Source: Octopus vulgaris (taxonomy: Eukaryota). Taken from it: a stretch of DNA of 64,000 bases. The translations under genes were made by a program, and so were the position numbers. A model generated the notes under the pieces. It was not told the DNA's origin, made no database searches, and saw only the letters and a list, made by a program, of their open reading frames with translations. This document shows positions 40,731 to 55,939 of this stretch, piece after piece. Within the stretch, counting starts at the first letter, position 1, and the number at the start of each line of letters is the position of its first letter. The DNA lies in contig OX597820.1 of NCBI GenBank assembly GCA_951406725.2, positions 119,474,001 to 119,538,000 of the forward strand, read 5' to 3'.

Positions 40731-41351
40731 CCACTTGGAAACAAATGTGGTAACATGTAACAATATTGACCGAGGTTTAGAAAACTGTGGTAAATCTTAG
40801 GTTCGATTCCTTCGACAAAAATCCTTGAAGACATTGCCCTAGCGTGGATCTAGTCTATAATATATCTGGATCCTCATTCAAATGTGAAGTAAATATACGT
40901 TTCTCCATCACTCATGCCTGTATTGACTTACAGAAACAACAAGGCTGGCGCTATGATTTCTTATTCGACAGAAAAATGGCGTCATTTTTGTTTTAAATAA
41001 GGCTTTTGTATAACGTGATCGGACTGCGATGTAAAATCAAGTACGATATATCTATATCACAAAACTGATGGTAATATGCTGTGGTTTCGAAATCAAACAA
41101 TAAAAATTAATTTCAGACGAGGAAATTAGAAATTTTTCTCTTTCGTTGAGCCCTATTTTATTGCAGAATTCTTTTAAGAAATATCGTTACATCTAAGAAT
41201 TATGCATTCCATAAATGAACTCACACACACAACAAACACAAACGCATATTTAAACATATACATACATACATACATACATACACATACATATACATACATA
41301 TATATACACGTATACACATATATACATATGAATATATATATATGTCTCTGA

Positions 41352-41430
<79 letters not shown>

Positions 41431-41528
41431 CAGAGGGAGAGATAAATAGATACATAGGTAGATATAGACATATATTTTTATATATATATATGAATGTATA
41501 TATATATATATGCATATATATATATATA

Positions 41529-41569
<41 letters not shown>

Positions 41570-41576
41570 ATATATA

Positions 41577-41628
<52 letters not shown>

Positions 41629-42897
41629 TATATATATTCTACTCTTATGAAAACATTGTTGTTTGAAGCGTTATATGCTTGGAATCATTGATCGTAAAAC
41701 ACTTTGTTCTTTGAAGAAAGAACAACAGGTTTTATATTAGAAATTCCTTTTCTTGTTTATTTTTCATTTGTGTTGTCAAAGTAGAGTAACGTAATTCTTT
41801 ATAGTTTTCCGCCGAGAGAATTTTTAAAGAATAGATCTAACATCAAAGTGTTAAAAATGTGAGCTAATTGTGAGTGTGTGTGTGTGTGTGTTTGTGTTTG
41901 TGTGTGTGTTTATTTATGACTATTTGCATCGTACCGTACTTGCGAATAAACATACATAAGCGAATGTATATTGGTATGTATGCGTGCAAATGTTAACACA
42001 CCCACGTCCATAGCAATACAGCCATCCGTCTCTCTCATTCTCTAATGTTATGTCTATTTCTCTATCGATCTATGTATCTGTGTGTGTAGTTGAGTGTGTG
42101 CGCGCGTGTGTATATTTATGTATATATGCACAAGAGAGCTCTGCCACCTCCCACTATCAGAGCAGTGTTGCAGGAGCACAAAGAACACGCGAACTCCTTA
42201 CCTCTACTCCTAACAGATCACCAGTACCTGACCGAAAGCAAAGCACTACCGAGCGCACACCGGACTGATTTGTCAGAACCGGACACACCACGCCCCGTCT
42301 TCTCTCAGGTAAAGTCCTTGGTCATCGTCGACAGAGACGGACGAGCTAATTTATAAATTCATGCATACATATACAAAATCTTATTTATGTATATATTAAT
42401 ACACACACGCATGCGTATTATTCATGTGTGTGCTCATTTACTTAATTGTACATATGTTAATTGCTCCTTCTTCACCGATGATGCCGTGTATTGCATTTCT
42501 GACATTCTATCCATGACATCTTAGGTAACAAAAGGAAGTTGTAACATATTGTGTGTTTCCAGCTGCTTTGGCTTGCGCATGCCACCTTCTTTTATCGCCA
42601 TAGAACTTTCAGTCGATGAGATGTAAATTGAGATCCCCATAATGAGAAAACTGTACGCCAGTGGAATATATTGTATTACACGACTGCCACTCTCTGAGAC
42701 ACAGTATTTAGTACTGAGCAACGAAGGCCGAAGAGACATGACTAGGAATCCCTTGAATCTACAGTTTTTCCTTAGAGTGTCCCTCTGTTATACGAATGTT
42801 GCGTCCACAGTTAGTGTTCCCTCATTCCTGGTGATTTTACTACGCAACCTGACACGGACCAAGGGTATTTCTGCCTCCACGCATTCAAATCTAATAC

Positions 42898-43131
42898 TTA
42901 TTTCTTTACTACCCACAAGGGGCTAAACACAGAGAGGACAAACAAGGACAGACAAACGGATTAAGTCGATTATATCGACTCCAGTGCGTAACTGGTACTT
43001 ATTTAATCGACCCCGAAAGGATGAAACGTAAGGTCGACCTCGGCGGAATTTGAACTCAGAACGTAGTGGCAGACGAAATACCGCTTAGCCTTTCGCCCGG
43101 CGTGCTAACGTCTCTGCCAGCTCGCGGCCTT
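42898..43131 (-). mobile_element. SINE family B, full length
   Basis: 19-bp TSD ACGC(AT/GC)TCAAATCTAATAC (42879-42897, 43132-43150). Confidence 0.93.
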
Positions 43132-43559
43132 ACGCGCTCAAATCTAATACCATCACAAATGCGAGTTAAGTTATAGCTGAGACCTTGACAGGGGCCACGA
43201 TGGATGTGAGGCGTTTCCGTTAAACCCTGTAAAGCCCCAATATGATGCATTTTATTGTTGCATTGATTGTACATACACCACTGTGTATACATGCATATAT
43301 ATACATATACTGATCCGCATGGACATATGCAGTATTATGAATACTCGCACACACATACGGACACATACACACGCATATATATATATATAGGTGTATGTGT
43401 GTGCATGTATGTGTGTGTGTGTGTATAAACCTATGTGGTAGCGATACAACCATGCCAAATTTAGCGACTTACAAATATGATGTAAAAGATGTCTTAAAAA
43501 ACTTAGCTCAGAGTTTCGAAGAAATCAGGTGCGACTTCGCAGGGCATAACCACTCCTGA

Positions 43560-44600
43560 AAATGCAGAAAGGGAGAGAGGCAAAGAGAAAGAACTGTCTA
43601 ATTTAACATCATTTTTCAGGTCATAGCTATTTTCAGGTGACACCAGACGAAATATTCCGTTGGAAGATTGTTACTTCCTTCCAACAACACTGAAACTCTC
43701 CACCCCTTTTAATAAAGCTAATTTTATTTTCGATGGAATGAGGGAAGTTGTGGGAAAATCCCGGCCAGGATCTGTTCGAGGGCCATGTGACTTCGTTAAT
43801 GAGATTTTCAAAAACTGTCCCCTACTGCTGAAGAAATTGGCACCACTTGTAATTTATACCTGGAAGAATCAAGAATCTTGTCTGAGGACACTTGCAGACG
43901 GATGTGTGTACCAAATGAAGAAAACTCAGCAGTTTCGTGAGAAAGATATTTTGGTCCACCATAGCGAAAAGATTAACAACAATACTTCTCACAAACGAGT
44001 GCATCGTGACTGGTGTCCCAAAAGCCGGAATCCTCTTTTAAGCAGGGTTCCTGGGTCATTCATCAACAAATAACCACATCATTAAGGAGGCAAAGAAGAA
44101 GAACAATGTACTCTAAGTGGCATGGTTGGATCTTGCTGAAGATTACCAAACTGTGCCCCAATCTGTTAATTCTAAGTCCCCTGGAGTAATACTACCAAGT
44201 ACCAACAGCAGTAGTCAAATTTGTAACGTCGCACAGGATTTCTCTGAAACCGAGTTTCAATGTAGAAAATTTGATCATCAACTGGTAGAGACGAGAAAAG
44301 GGCATTACGGCATGGTGCATAATTTCCGTGCCCCAATTCGTGGCCGCCAAAACTCTTCTATTAGAAGTGGGATTGAGGCAGTCTTGTGACATGAAATTGA
44401 TACCGACAAGAGGTTTCCAGTCTACTGGGAATTCAGGGGTGATCTAATGGTCATGTTCGTCTGTCCCAGAGACAGGGTAGCCACTGATCTTGCTGGAAAG
44501 CATGGCCTCAGGATCACGTATAAGTTTTAATCTAGAAAAATCTCGGAGTTTGTGTCTCCTCAAAAGAAGGCTCACAAATAACATCTTCAGCATCCAAAGA
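43560..44600 (+). pseudogene. Decayed reverse transcriptase of an RLE-type LINE (Hero/NeSL/R2 group)
   Basis: VVGKSRPGSVRGP..IFKNCPLLLKKL, VAWLDLAEDYQTVP (cf. WLDLANAYGSVPH), EKGITAWCIISV (cf. EKGI..GCTISV), SFNLEKSRSL. Confidence 0.8.
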
Positions 44601-45304
44601 TGGGAATAGGAAAACAAATAGCTGATCAGCTTGGCTGTAAAGATGGCTTTTAAGCTATCATGCAATGTTTTGTGTCTGTCGACGCATGTGAATACGTACG
44701 TGTGAGTAAGCACGTATACTTGGCGATATTCTAAGATTACAAAATATATATTTCATTTACGCAGAATCATAAAATTTTATAACTTTATCGAAAAATCGAT
44801 AAGTAAAATTTTATTTCCTCTTTACTTTCACAACCAGCTCTTTAGATCCTAATGCATTATATTCAATACCATCAACAGGAATTTTATATTTAAGAAATTT
44901 CTTATTGTTTTATTATTTTGGTTAGCTCAAACGAATTTGTCAAGGCTTTGTGTTGTAATATTTTACGTAATCTGTAGTGGATTATAGAAAATGCAGATAA
45001 TTATTGCATACAAACCTAAAAGCAATAACTATACATAACCACATAACGCAGACAGCCACTGTCATACACACACATACACACACACACATGCACATACATA
45101 TATATGTATATAAACATATGTATATATCTATATAGATGCTTAAATGTGTGTATATGTGAATGCATGCATGTACAACCGATTTGAATAATTAATATTGCTG
45201 ACAGTATGAGTTCTAATTAAATACCCTAATAATTACTGGTATTCATTGTTGTCATCGATGCAGAAAGGGCACAAAAATATTCTTAGTTAGGGTTGGACAT
45301 TATT

Positions 45305-45510
45305 AAGGGGAGAGTTCACGAAAAAAAAAAGGCAAAAGACGAAGACAGGTGGTGTACAAAACAAACAGATGTATTAGTATAACGTTCAGGAATAGAAAAA
45401 GTCGTTTACATTTCGAGCCTACGCTCTTCTACAAAAAGGGACACAGAAAAAAAAAAAACTAGAGAAACAAGGAGAGAAAAAATGTGTGTAGTGGCTACCG
45501 ATCTATCATT
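45305..45510 (-). mobile_element. Penelope-like pLTR fragment, relative of 17199-17401
   Basis: Minus strand TGTAGA-A-GAGC-GTAG-GCTC-GAAAT..TTCCTGAACG..TAATAC. Confidence 0.55.
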
Positions 45511-46591
45511 GGACATTAGTAATATTGTTATCTGACAGAACCTACTGAAATGATATTGGTGTAGCAGATATACATGTTTTATTAATTTTCCCACATTCTC
45601 AACGTTGTCTGAGAAGAACAAGACATTGTTAAGATTGAAGGATTTTGGATTACGTTAAAGAACAAGGAATATTGGTAAAGATCTGTCAAAACCTAGACAA
45701 AAACGCAGGCTACGAGTATTAACTACATCATATTTAGATTATTCTGGAGAAACAAGCAATCGTTTGTTTTTTTTTTTAGCAGCTAATTCTTAATCTCAAG
45801 TGGAGTTTCCAAGCTTTAGAATTTAAGTGGGGTTTATGAAATACACAAAGAAAAAGTTATTACAATTATACAACACAAAGAACTAGTTGAAATAAGGTGA
45901 ACAGTGTGTAGGACGTGTCGATTGATAGATCAGTGGGATTAAAATCATCATTCACGTATTATTCAGAGGGTAAATATCGGGGAGGAATCTAATTCTAGAG
46001 GGCAATATTTCTTTAAAAACTGGAAAGAACTACCCAGAATTAACGATAGTCAGAATATGCAGATAAAACCGACAAAACTCCAGTAGGTACTAAGTACCTA
46101 GAAAATAGAAAAAAAAAATCGATGCACACAAATACGTAACTAAAATACTGGGACTGACAGGTAAAAATACAAAATATATCACTTCCCATTGCACCTATAG
46201 AACATCGAACAGTCTCAATATAGGATTAAAAAAAAACAAGCGAAACAAATATAAAGGTTTAGCGTTTCCAAAACACTCATCTGTCTGCAGTGTAGTGAAG
46301 CACGCAATAAACACCAAACTATTGAAATGATAACAATAATGTTACATGGAATGGTAAAAATGTTTAAACGTGAAAATGAAACATAAATTCTTGTTACTCG
46401 GACAGATGTTCCATAATGTCAAAGAGTGAGAATAACACGAGCGCTGGATTTTGTAGCATTCAAACATTTGAAAAGGCGTAACTAACATTCTGTGAGTGTG
46501 TGTGTGTGTTTGTGTGAGAAGGATAAATATATATTTGACAGAAGTAAAAGCAGTCTAAGCAAAGAAGAGTTATGTAATTTAAATAGAAAAT

Positions 46592-47013
46592 GGATCTTTT
46601 CGGTTTGAACGGCAGTTTTTTCTAGCGGTGTCATATGAAGTTGTCACCCATAATTATGACCCTAGTATCGATCTATTGCATTTCAATCTATTTTGGGGTT
46701 AGGGTTAGGGGTGGGAGAAGGGTATCTTTTTTCTTTTTTTTTCACAAATGTAAATAAACCCAATCTGTTTCTTAAACGAGAGACATATTCATACGGCACA
46801 GAATGTTTATAACCTCAATATACGTCATTGATTGGTTGAAATTGCAGAAATTGAAGGAAAAATACAACAAATATCTCACAAACTACGGAATTTTCTCAAT
46901 AAAGCCAAGAGAAAAAGATGTTTTATAAACACATTCTACCAGTATACGAAGTTTAAAATTTTTTAGTTACCTAGAAATTGTGTTAAAAACTGCCGTTCAA
47001 ACCGAAAAGAACC
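46592..47013. mobile_element. Merlin-like MITE, copy 2
   Basis: Same TIR and interior as 3981-4406; TSD TAGAAAAT (46584-46591, 47014-47021). Confidence 0.88.
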
Positions 47014-47800
47014 TAGAAAATTCCCAATACCACAGATAAAATTTAAGTTAGCTTCTTTACAAACGTTGAGTGTATAGCGCTTGGGATTAGAATATGTGAA
47101 AAAGATTACCTAAACTATAACTAAACTAATGATACTATTAGAGTACTGCGCGCCACCTGGCTGTTGAAAAGGTTTGTTATTGATGTTGCCTACCGTCCGC
47201 CAGAATGGAAAGCTTGCGACCATTCTGGAATATGATTGCACAAAAGGTAGGAGATAAAATTTATAAATCGATTCTTTATGGTTGAATTTTTCAGTACTTG
47301 TATTTGTGAATTAAACCAATAGTAAAATGACCAAAAGCAAGGAAACCTTTATAATTATAAAGGAATTTCTTTCCAAGTTCAATATTTCTCTGGAATGAAT
47401 TATCCCCATACGAATAGAGAAGGTAAAAATAATAATAATGAATATATAAAACACATTTCTGATAGATTCTTGAAGAAAAGCGGCTGATAAAGTAATATTA
47501 TTACTTATATATATTTGACCACCAAGACAAGCCTTTTATGACGAATAACAATAATTCCTTTATCATAGAAGATAAATGTGATGGACAGGAGGGCATTCCT
47601 TACTACGCAGAGGTTTTTGTGAGCAAAACAATATTATGACAAGTAAAGGCAGTCTAGCCGGCCGCTAAATGCATGAAAGCTAACGATATAGACGCCTACC
47701 GAACAAGAAATGTTTTACGAAAATGCCTCTCTTACTCTACTATATACATACTTTTGCTATTATGTCTGCTAGCAGCTGAATTTCTATACATATGATGTAA

Positions 47801-47853
<53 letters not shown>

Positions 47854-47975
47854 CACACACGCATACACACATGCACACACATACATACATACACAAACAC
47901 TCATATATATATATATATAAACTCACATATATGCATATGCTTGTGATGCGAGCACGCAGACAGACAAACACACAC

Positions 47976-48049
<74 letters not shown>

Positions 48050-48063
48050 TTATATATATATAC

Positions 48064-48161
<98 letters not shown>

Positions 48162-51091
48162 TCATTGGTACATATTTCGGAAAGAAACGTAATAAAATAT
48201 TGTTATGCACTGTCAATAAAAGGAATATGTTTGAAGTTTTAGACATATCATTACGTACATGGAGCATTATTAGAATGGAGAATAGTATTTATTACAATTT
48301 CAAACTGAGAAACCTACCCCGTACAACTTCGATTCTTTTTCCAGTGGAGAAGCTATAAATTTCTTCACACTCAGAGTGAAATATTGGAATGTTTGAAATT
48401 ATTATTTCGCCTTCAACAGCTGTTTCTTGCAAACTTCAGAGTTAGACAGAATCAATATAATTCTTCTTCTTAGTATCTGACAAGTATAAACAATATGATT
48501 CCTTTGTTTCTCAATCCGATACGATTTTTTTGTTCAGTGTTTTACAACCTGAAACTCAACCGTGTATTTTCAATTCGCTGCAGCAATGCAATAAATTTTC
48601 TTACAATATATTCTTTTTACTGTTCTTGTAATTCTAGTGTCACTTCCTGTGTTCTTGGTGAAACATAATAAAAACTGACTTTGACGGTATCCATATGGAA
48701 AGGAATTCTGTGATATATGATTTTAAGGAAATCGTTTCTAATCATCGCTTCATGGAAAATTCTACAGCAGAACATGACTCTGTCGAAAAAGCTTATCTCC
48801 AACTCTAATTAATTTATCATTTTCTGAATATAGATAGATAAAAAAATATTTGTATTTAAAACGAGATGGATTACCAAAAAATATTAAGTACTTCTATATT
48901 CGAATCAGATCCCCTATTGCAATTCGTGGATTGAACGCCTGGTTATTATTGCAAATGCAATAAAAAAAAACCTTAGCCTAAATATTTGCATTCAATTTTA
49001 GTTTAAAGTATAATTTTATCTCTAGAGGTAAACATATTAGGACAACATATATCATATATATTTTTTGAGAAGTTCTGGTTCTGCAATTTAATAATTCTTT
49101 CAGACAGCATTTTGCAGTTTTGGAACATTATTTTAAAAAGCAAACCACTTATGCTATTTTTTTTACGAAATTTTATTTTCTCCTTGTGTGACGTACCGCC
49201 ACTTTTACAGGTGAGTTTGTATGTGTGTGTGTGCACCTATACGAAGACAGTTTTGGATGGGTTCCTGCAGACTCCGTTGACGAAATTACTATGACAAGTT
49301 ACTGCACAATACGTGTCTCCTTGTATTATTTATCTGTAACGATCCAAAGTAGTATGGAATAGTTTCATATTGATTACATAATCTTTTATAAACAAGAGAT
49401 ATTTCCTCACTACTCAACTCAATTTATTTTTTCTTCAATGATGAAAATATCTTACCGTGATTTTAAATGACGTAATTTGTAACATTTGCAAACATTAAAA
49501 AAATATCTTCAAAAAATTGCATCGTGTACAGTGAGATGCAGAACGCTTAGTTGCATATCTATTTTTGCATATCTCTTCTTAAAATGTCCAGGTATGTTCA
49601 GCCGCAAAATATGCTGGCTGATGTAAAGTGATAGGAGAATAACTTCTCCCTTTTACGACGACAAAAGTGTTGCCTATATTGTCTGAAGGGATAGAAGTTA
49701 TTCTCCATTGACCTATACTGCAGCGATTAACAAATTTTGCGACTGGAAATACTTTTAGCTTCTAGTTATATTTCTGAGATCAAATCTCAGTGCTGGTCAA
49801 ATTCACATGACGTTTCCTTTTTGTCTCTCCTTTTACGACGTTAAACGCTTGTCCTTTCAACGTTGTTAGGTTTCAAACATTTCTGATACGTTTCGAGACT
49901 CAGCAGCATTTAAACCCATGGCAGGACCGAAGAAAATGGCGGAAAACAAAACAATACTACACTGCAAAGATGCCTTCTTTTCACCGCCTTGAAATCCGCA
50001 GAGAAATCTTTTCCGATTTCTTTTCATCTCCTGTTACCTATCTTACAGTAATGGAACTGCTATGTTCTCTCACTCGTTGAACTTAATTGTTTTCTAAAAT
50101 ATATTTTCTTGCGGTAATGATGGCTAAAATTTTGATAATAATGATTGATTTCTATGCCAGCCCATAGCTATTGCAGACGTGACTTTACTCTCTTATTTCA
50201 CAGTGTGTCTAGGAAGGCAGACTTATTTTTCGATTTAATCCATTTGTTTGTTGTTGACATTTTATATTTCCTTCGTTTAGTTCTCATCATTTCTCTAACT
50301 CTTTTCTTTTATGGACAGAAATTTGCCACAATGTTTCATTCTTTACTCAAATGATTTATCGTATCCGGTTAAAGTCATTCGCTAATTTAGTCATGTTACA
50401 CGGTGCTGATCACATCTAAGCTCTTTTTCCATTTCATATAGTAATTTATACGCCATGTTTGATTATTATTTCTTTCAGACTTGGCTAATTTTATATATTT
50501 TCCCTTCTTGAATTGCTTTATTAATTCTTGAGCTTTTATTTGTAATAATTTCAATGCTAGAGTCATCAGTTATCATTAAAGCTATTGCGTAAAATTTTTG
50601 ATATTTTATACTTATATATGAATTAGCTTTCGCTTTCATTTATTTTTGCATATCTCAATTATCAATAATTTAACGGTTACTTTTTTTCATTAACATTTTA
50701 ACGTTACCTGCAATGATATTTTATCAGTCCGCTGCTTAAGCTAAATTAATTACAACTATCCTTTCTTTAACTCTTTAAAGAAAAGTATAACGAAATCATT
50801 TGTATAAATTGTTTCCATAATTGCTACGACATTTTATTGCCTTTAATACGCCTTGGAAGAATTTTCATTGTTTGTTTCATAATTTCTTTTACTGGTTTTC
50901 AAAACTCTGCTAAACTAGATCATGTTGATGATGTTATTATTGTAAAATATTGAATATCTTTGCACTATACTTCCTATTTGCATATAACATTTTCCCAATT
51001 TCTTCTCTTTCAAATATGTTTCTTCGTTATATTTGACTAAACTTAGATCAGTCTATTCCATGTATGGTTAGTTAATTTATTATTTCATTCT

Positions 51092-51396
51092 GTGGTGACT
51101 CAATGGCCCAGTGGCTTAGGCAGCGGACTCGCGGTCGGAGGATCGCGGTTTCGATTCCAAGACTGGGCGTTGTGTGTGTTTATTGAGCGAAAACACCTAA
51201 AAGCTCCACGAGGCTACGGCAGGGGATGGTGGCCTTCCCTGCTGTACTCTTTCGCCACAACTTTCTCTCACTCTTTGGCCTGCTCGCTTAGCCAGGGGGT
51301 TGGCGTCATTTCAAGGCTAAAACGATACGAAGTGCATTGTAACCAGTGATGTGTAGCAACGTCTGATAGTCTGGTCGGTAACGGTGATTACGGTGA
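51092..51396 (+). mobile_element. SINE family C variant, tail type 3 (RTE-derived)
   Basis: Same head and body as 30079; TSD TATT(T/G)CATTCT; tail CTGGTCGGTAACGGTGATTACGGTGA. Confidence 0.88.
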
Positions 51397-51740
51397 TATT
51401 GCATTCTAGGATTAAATATTTATTCACTCTTTAATAACATATATTACTCATGGTAGGAGACAATCAAAGTCGTACCTGCTTTTACTTCTAACACTTCCCA
51501 GCAACAATATTTTTTACGACATTAAAGCTTAAAATCGTTTTTACAATTTACAAGCAGCCTATTTTTAAATTCTTAAATAGTTAGGGAATAACCATCGACG
51601 TAGAAGAATGAAATTAAAATTTTCCACATATCAAATATTAATTGAGGTAAATTTTAGCGACTATAACTATTGTGGGTATTGATTAAAATGTAAATGATAC
51701 GGATTTGAATGGAAGACAATTCTTTTAAAGAAGAATAATG

Positions 51741-52073
51741 GGATCTTTTCGGTTTGAACGGCAGATTTTAATATAATTTCTAGGTAACTAAAAAATTTTA
51801 AACTTCGTATATTGGTAGAATGTGTTTATAAAACATCTTTTTCTCTTGGCTTTTTTGAGAAAATTCTATAGGTTGTAAGATATTTGTTGCTTTTTTCTTC
51901 AATTTCTGCAATTTCAACCAATCAAATACGTCTATTAAGGTAAAAAACATTCTGTGCCGTATGAATATGTCCCTCGTTTAAGAAACAGATTGGGTTTATT
52001 TACATTTGTGAAGAAAGAAAGATTCCATTCCGCCCACCCCTAACCCTAACTGCCGTTCAAACCGAAAAGATCC
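51741..52073. mobile_element. Merlin-like MITE, copy 3 (opposite orientation, internally deleted)
   Basis: TIRs; TSD GAATAATG (51733-51740, 52074-52081). Confidence 0.88.
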
Positions 52074-52096
52074 GAATAATGTATTTAAAGTATTTA

Positions 52097-52152
<56 letters not shown>

Positions 52153-52556
52153 TGAGAGAGTGTTTGTGTGTGTGTGTGTTATGGTTGTTTAGAGAAGGGG
52201 AGAAAATGTACGGTGGTATTAAATTATTTCCCTTTGCTTTCTGACTTTGCTGATGAGGTTGAATTTCAATAACTGCTTCCAGGATCGCTGAAGTGATTAT
52301 CAGAAAAATAATGGAGTGTTGGAGTTATAAGGAATAATTGCGACTTCCTTTTATAATTCATCACGTGATTTTCATGAAATTGTTAGAGAGTCGGGCAAAA
52401 TGCCATGGGTTCTTTTAACGCTTTTTTTTTTTTTTACTTTGCTGCTCTTAACATACTGGATTCAATTTTCACCGAGATGAAATTTACATGTTATTCTGGT
52501 ATCGACACAATATATGACCTTTCCAGTACCAGGAGGCATGGAAGAAGCAGAAGTTC

Positions 52557-52860
52557 TTACTGTGGTTTGCCGTAAATCAGTTTTCGGTCGTGGTTCAATT
52601 GGTACGAAGTCCGGATGACATAAAAAAGAGAAGTCGATTTATGGTTTAGCATTGGGTTAAATTTTACAGTTGCTTTAATAGGGATGAAAGGAAGAAAAGA
52701 CACTGTTGTTGTGGTTTCGACTTTGCTGTGTATTCTTCCTTTCTTCAGATGCTCCACATTAGGGATGAGGCCCGTCAGAGTGTCTGATGTGGTTTTCCTT
52801 AGGTTGCTGTTCTTTGCTTCAGGTGAAACAGTGCAGAAAAGGAATGAAGGGAATTGGTCG
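52557..52860 (-). pseudogene. Possible decayed LINE ORF1 N-terminus (I/Nimb-like)
   Basis: FPSFLFCTVS..TLTGLIPNVEHLKKGR..VE..IPIK...NPMLN loosely follows the I-clade ORF1 pattern. Confidence 0.3.
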
Positions 52861-53011
52861 TCAGTTGGTCATTGGTCAGTCTGTGTTGGTTCACATGCTG
52901 CGTAGTGTTCATGATTGGAGGATGAGAGATTGATGTGGTTTGGCCGCTGGTCAGTTTTGTGTTATTTAACCGTTGGCCTTCCTTGTTTGCTCATCATAAA
53001 ACACACACACA

Positions 53012-53084
<73 letters not shown>

Positions 53085-53086
<2 letters not shown>

Positions 53087-53242
53087 TCTTTTATTTGTTT
53101 CAGTTACTTAAATGCGGCCATACTGGAGCACCGCAGTACTTATTCTATTCACCTCTTTTGCCGAACCTCTAGGCTACGGGGACGTAAACACACCAGCTTC
53201 GGCGATGATGGGGGAACAAGCACAGACACACAAAAACACACG

Positions 53243-53315
<73 letters not shown>

Positions 53316-53472
53316 GACGGGAATCGTTTTGTTCCTGTCTACTAAGTCCGCTCACAAAGTTTTGGTCGGCTCGAGATTATATGAGAAGACACTTACCCAA
53401 GGTACCACGAAGTGGAACTGAACCCAGAACTGTGTGGTTGATAAACAAGCTGCTTACCAGACAGCCACTCCT
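53085..53472 (-). mobile_element. SINE family A, diverged
   Basis: TGTTTCAGT..TGGAGCACCGC tail to ACAGCCACTCCT head. Confidence 0.88.
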
Positions 53473-53686
53473 AGCCATAGTTAGTCGTTATTAGTTCAGC
53501 TGATGTGCAGTGTGGATACTGTCTGAAAGAGAAATTGTTATGATTTAGTCCTTTTATGCCTGCCGTCACGTGGTATCCACGCCATGGTTTTTTCCTAATG
53601 CCATTGATTGGATAGAAAGAAAATGTGACCTACCAAGTGAAATTGCTAACATACAGTTCCTCGATAGGTGATTCGTTATTCCTTAA

Positions 53687-54256
53687 AGGCGAGGGGTGGG
53701 GAGCTGGCAGAAACGCTGGCACGCCGGGCGAAATGCTTAGCGGCATTTCGTCTGCCGTTACGTTGTGAGTTCAAATTCCACCGAGGTCGACTTTGCCTTT
53801 CATCCTTTCAGGGTCGATAAATTAAGTACCAGTTACGCACTGGGGTCGATGTAATCGACTTAATACCTATGTCTGTCCTTGTTTGTCCCCTCTGTGTTTG
53901 GCCCCTTGTGGGTAATAAAGAAATAGGTATTTCGTCTGCCGTTACGTTCTGAGTTCAAATTCCGCCGAGGTCGACTTTGCCTTTCATCCTTTCGGGGTCG
54001 ATAAATTAAGTACCAGCTACGCACTGGGGTCGATGTAATTGACTTAATCCGTTTGTCTGTCCTTGTTTGTCCCCTCTGTGTTTAGCCCTTTGTGGGTAGC
54101 AAAGAAATAGGTATTCGTCTGTCCTTACCTTCTGAGTTCAAATTCCGCCGAGGCTGACTTTCATTTTCATCCTTTGGAGGCCAGCAAATTAAGTACCAGT
54201 TGCGTACTAGGGTCGATCTAATCGACTGCCCCCTCCTCATAAGTTTCGGGTCTTCT
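53687..54256 (+). mobile_element. SINE family B trimer
   Basis: Junctions AAAGAAATA|GGTATT at 53925/53926 and 54109/54110; unit 3 is diverged with another tail. Confidence 0.93.
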
Positions 54257-54944
54257 TTATTCCTTGTTAGCATTAACAGTTCTTAATTACGAAACGATAT
54301 TAAAGAGCTTATCAGTAGATTAAAGAGATCACAGTATTCTATTATTGTGTCTGTATTATCGATGAATATATGAAAGCTACGACCTATGCAGGAATTGAAC
54401 TCGTAACCTATTGCTTCAAACCGAACTCACTTCAGCATGATTTAGATGTAGATGCAAATAGATGTCTATGTATTTATGTGTCTTCTGTTCGTACAAATTG
54501 AACCACACTCACGAACATACATAATCACATACACACACACATACATACATGGAAGCCTACATACATACATACATACATACATGCATACATACATAATATT
54601 TGCGTGTCTATATCAGTGTATTTTCATTTACGAATATATGAATATGTGAACAGCATTCATCCCCTCGGCGTTTGAATAAATACATACACACACACACAAA
54701 CACACATACACACACACAGAGTGTACGTGCACAGACACACAGAGACACACAGCACATACACATCCACAAAACGCACAGCTTCTACAACCAGGAAACACAC
54801 GCACATACACACACATCAATATGGACGTGACTACATCAACTTTTAACTCCTATATCACTTTTACTCTCTCTCTCTCTCTCTTTTGTTCTGTCCCTCTCTC
54901 TCTCTTTCTCTCTCTCTCTGTCTCTCTCAGCTTCTCTTTCCGTT

Positions 54945-54975
<31 letters not shown>

Positions 54976-55205
54976 ATATCTCCTATGTTTCTTTTTCTGT
55001 CTATTTGCCATACACTGACAACTAATTCCCTTATTTGCATATTCCCCTTATACAAATATCAACTTAGACTTTTGAATCTCTAATATTTGCTAAAATTTCG
55101 CGGTGTGATGCCAATTAAATAATTTATTCAGCTCCAACCCGACCAAATAAAGAATTATTGTAATGAGGTAGAAAGTTTCGCAAGAAAATCGTCAAAACAG
55201 CATCG

Positions 55206-55207
<2 letters not shown>

Positions 55208-55237
<30 letters not shown>

Positions 55238-55365
55238 CTTCTTCTTCTTCTTCTTCTTCTTCTTCTTCTTCTTCTTCTTCTTCTTCTTCTTCTTCTTCTT
55301 CATTTTCATCTTCTTCTTCTTCTTCATTTTCATCTTCTTCTTCTTCTTCTTCTCCTCCTCCTCAC
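55208..55365. repeat. (CTT)n microsatellite
   Basis: Direct reading; source of the poly-Lys ORF. Confidence 0.97.
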
Positions 55366-55939
55366 CACCGCCATTATTATCTTCAACCTCAGTAAAAACC
55401 ACAACAATTATCATACGTTCACACAAACGATTTCGTCCAACTTACCACCCTACAACCAGAAATCTAAGCTGGTGTTTGTATAACTATTTTTGTTGTAACT
55501 TCCAGAAATTTCTGTACACTTCAACTAAACTCAACAGTTTTCAGAAACATATCACGAGGAACTGTTTCAAACTTATTAATATTGCTAATATTCTTATAGA
55601 CAAATACATTTACTAATTTCGTTGGCACTGCATTAATTTTAGTGGCATCATTGTCATCTACAAGTGCGATGATGGAAATAGCTTGTAATTCTAGACATAT
55701 AGCTAGAAAGGCTTGTTTGTCATTAACTTGTGTCATACGGTTCACTTGTAAATTTTAAGCATTTTGCCAGAAGTCAACAAACAGTGCAGTTTGTAGACAC
55801 TGACGGAACAGATATTGCAATATCAAGGTTGGAATTTAAACTATAAATAGATAATTATTTACTGGTGATGTATCAGTCCGCATAGAATAAAACCCCTGCC
55901 TACATTACAATACTGAAAAATATTTACTGCGGTGCAGCA

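Noticed and set aside
42130-42350. Possible host exon (GC-richer, CAG|GTAAAG donor near 42309)
   Set aside because: No convincing acceptor, no recognisable protein, no partner exons
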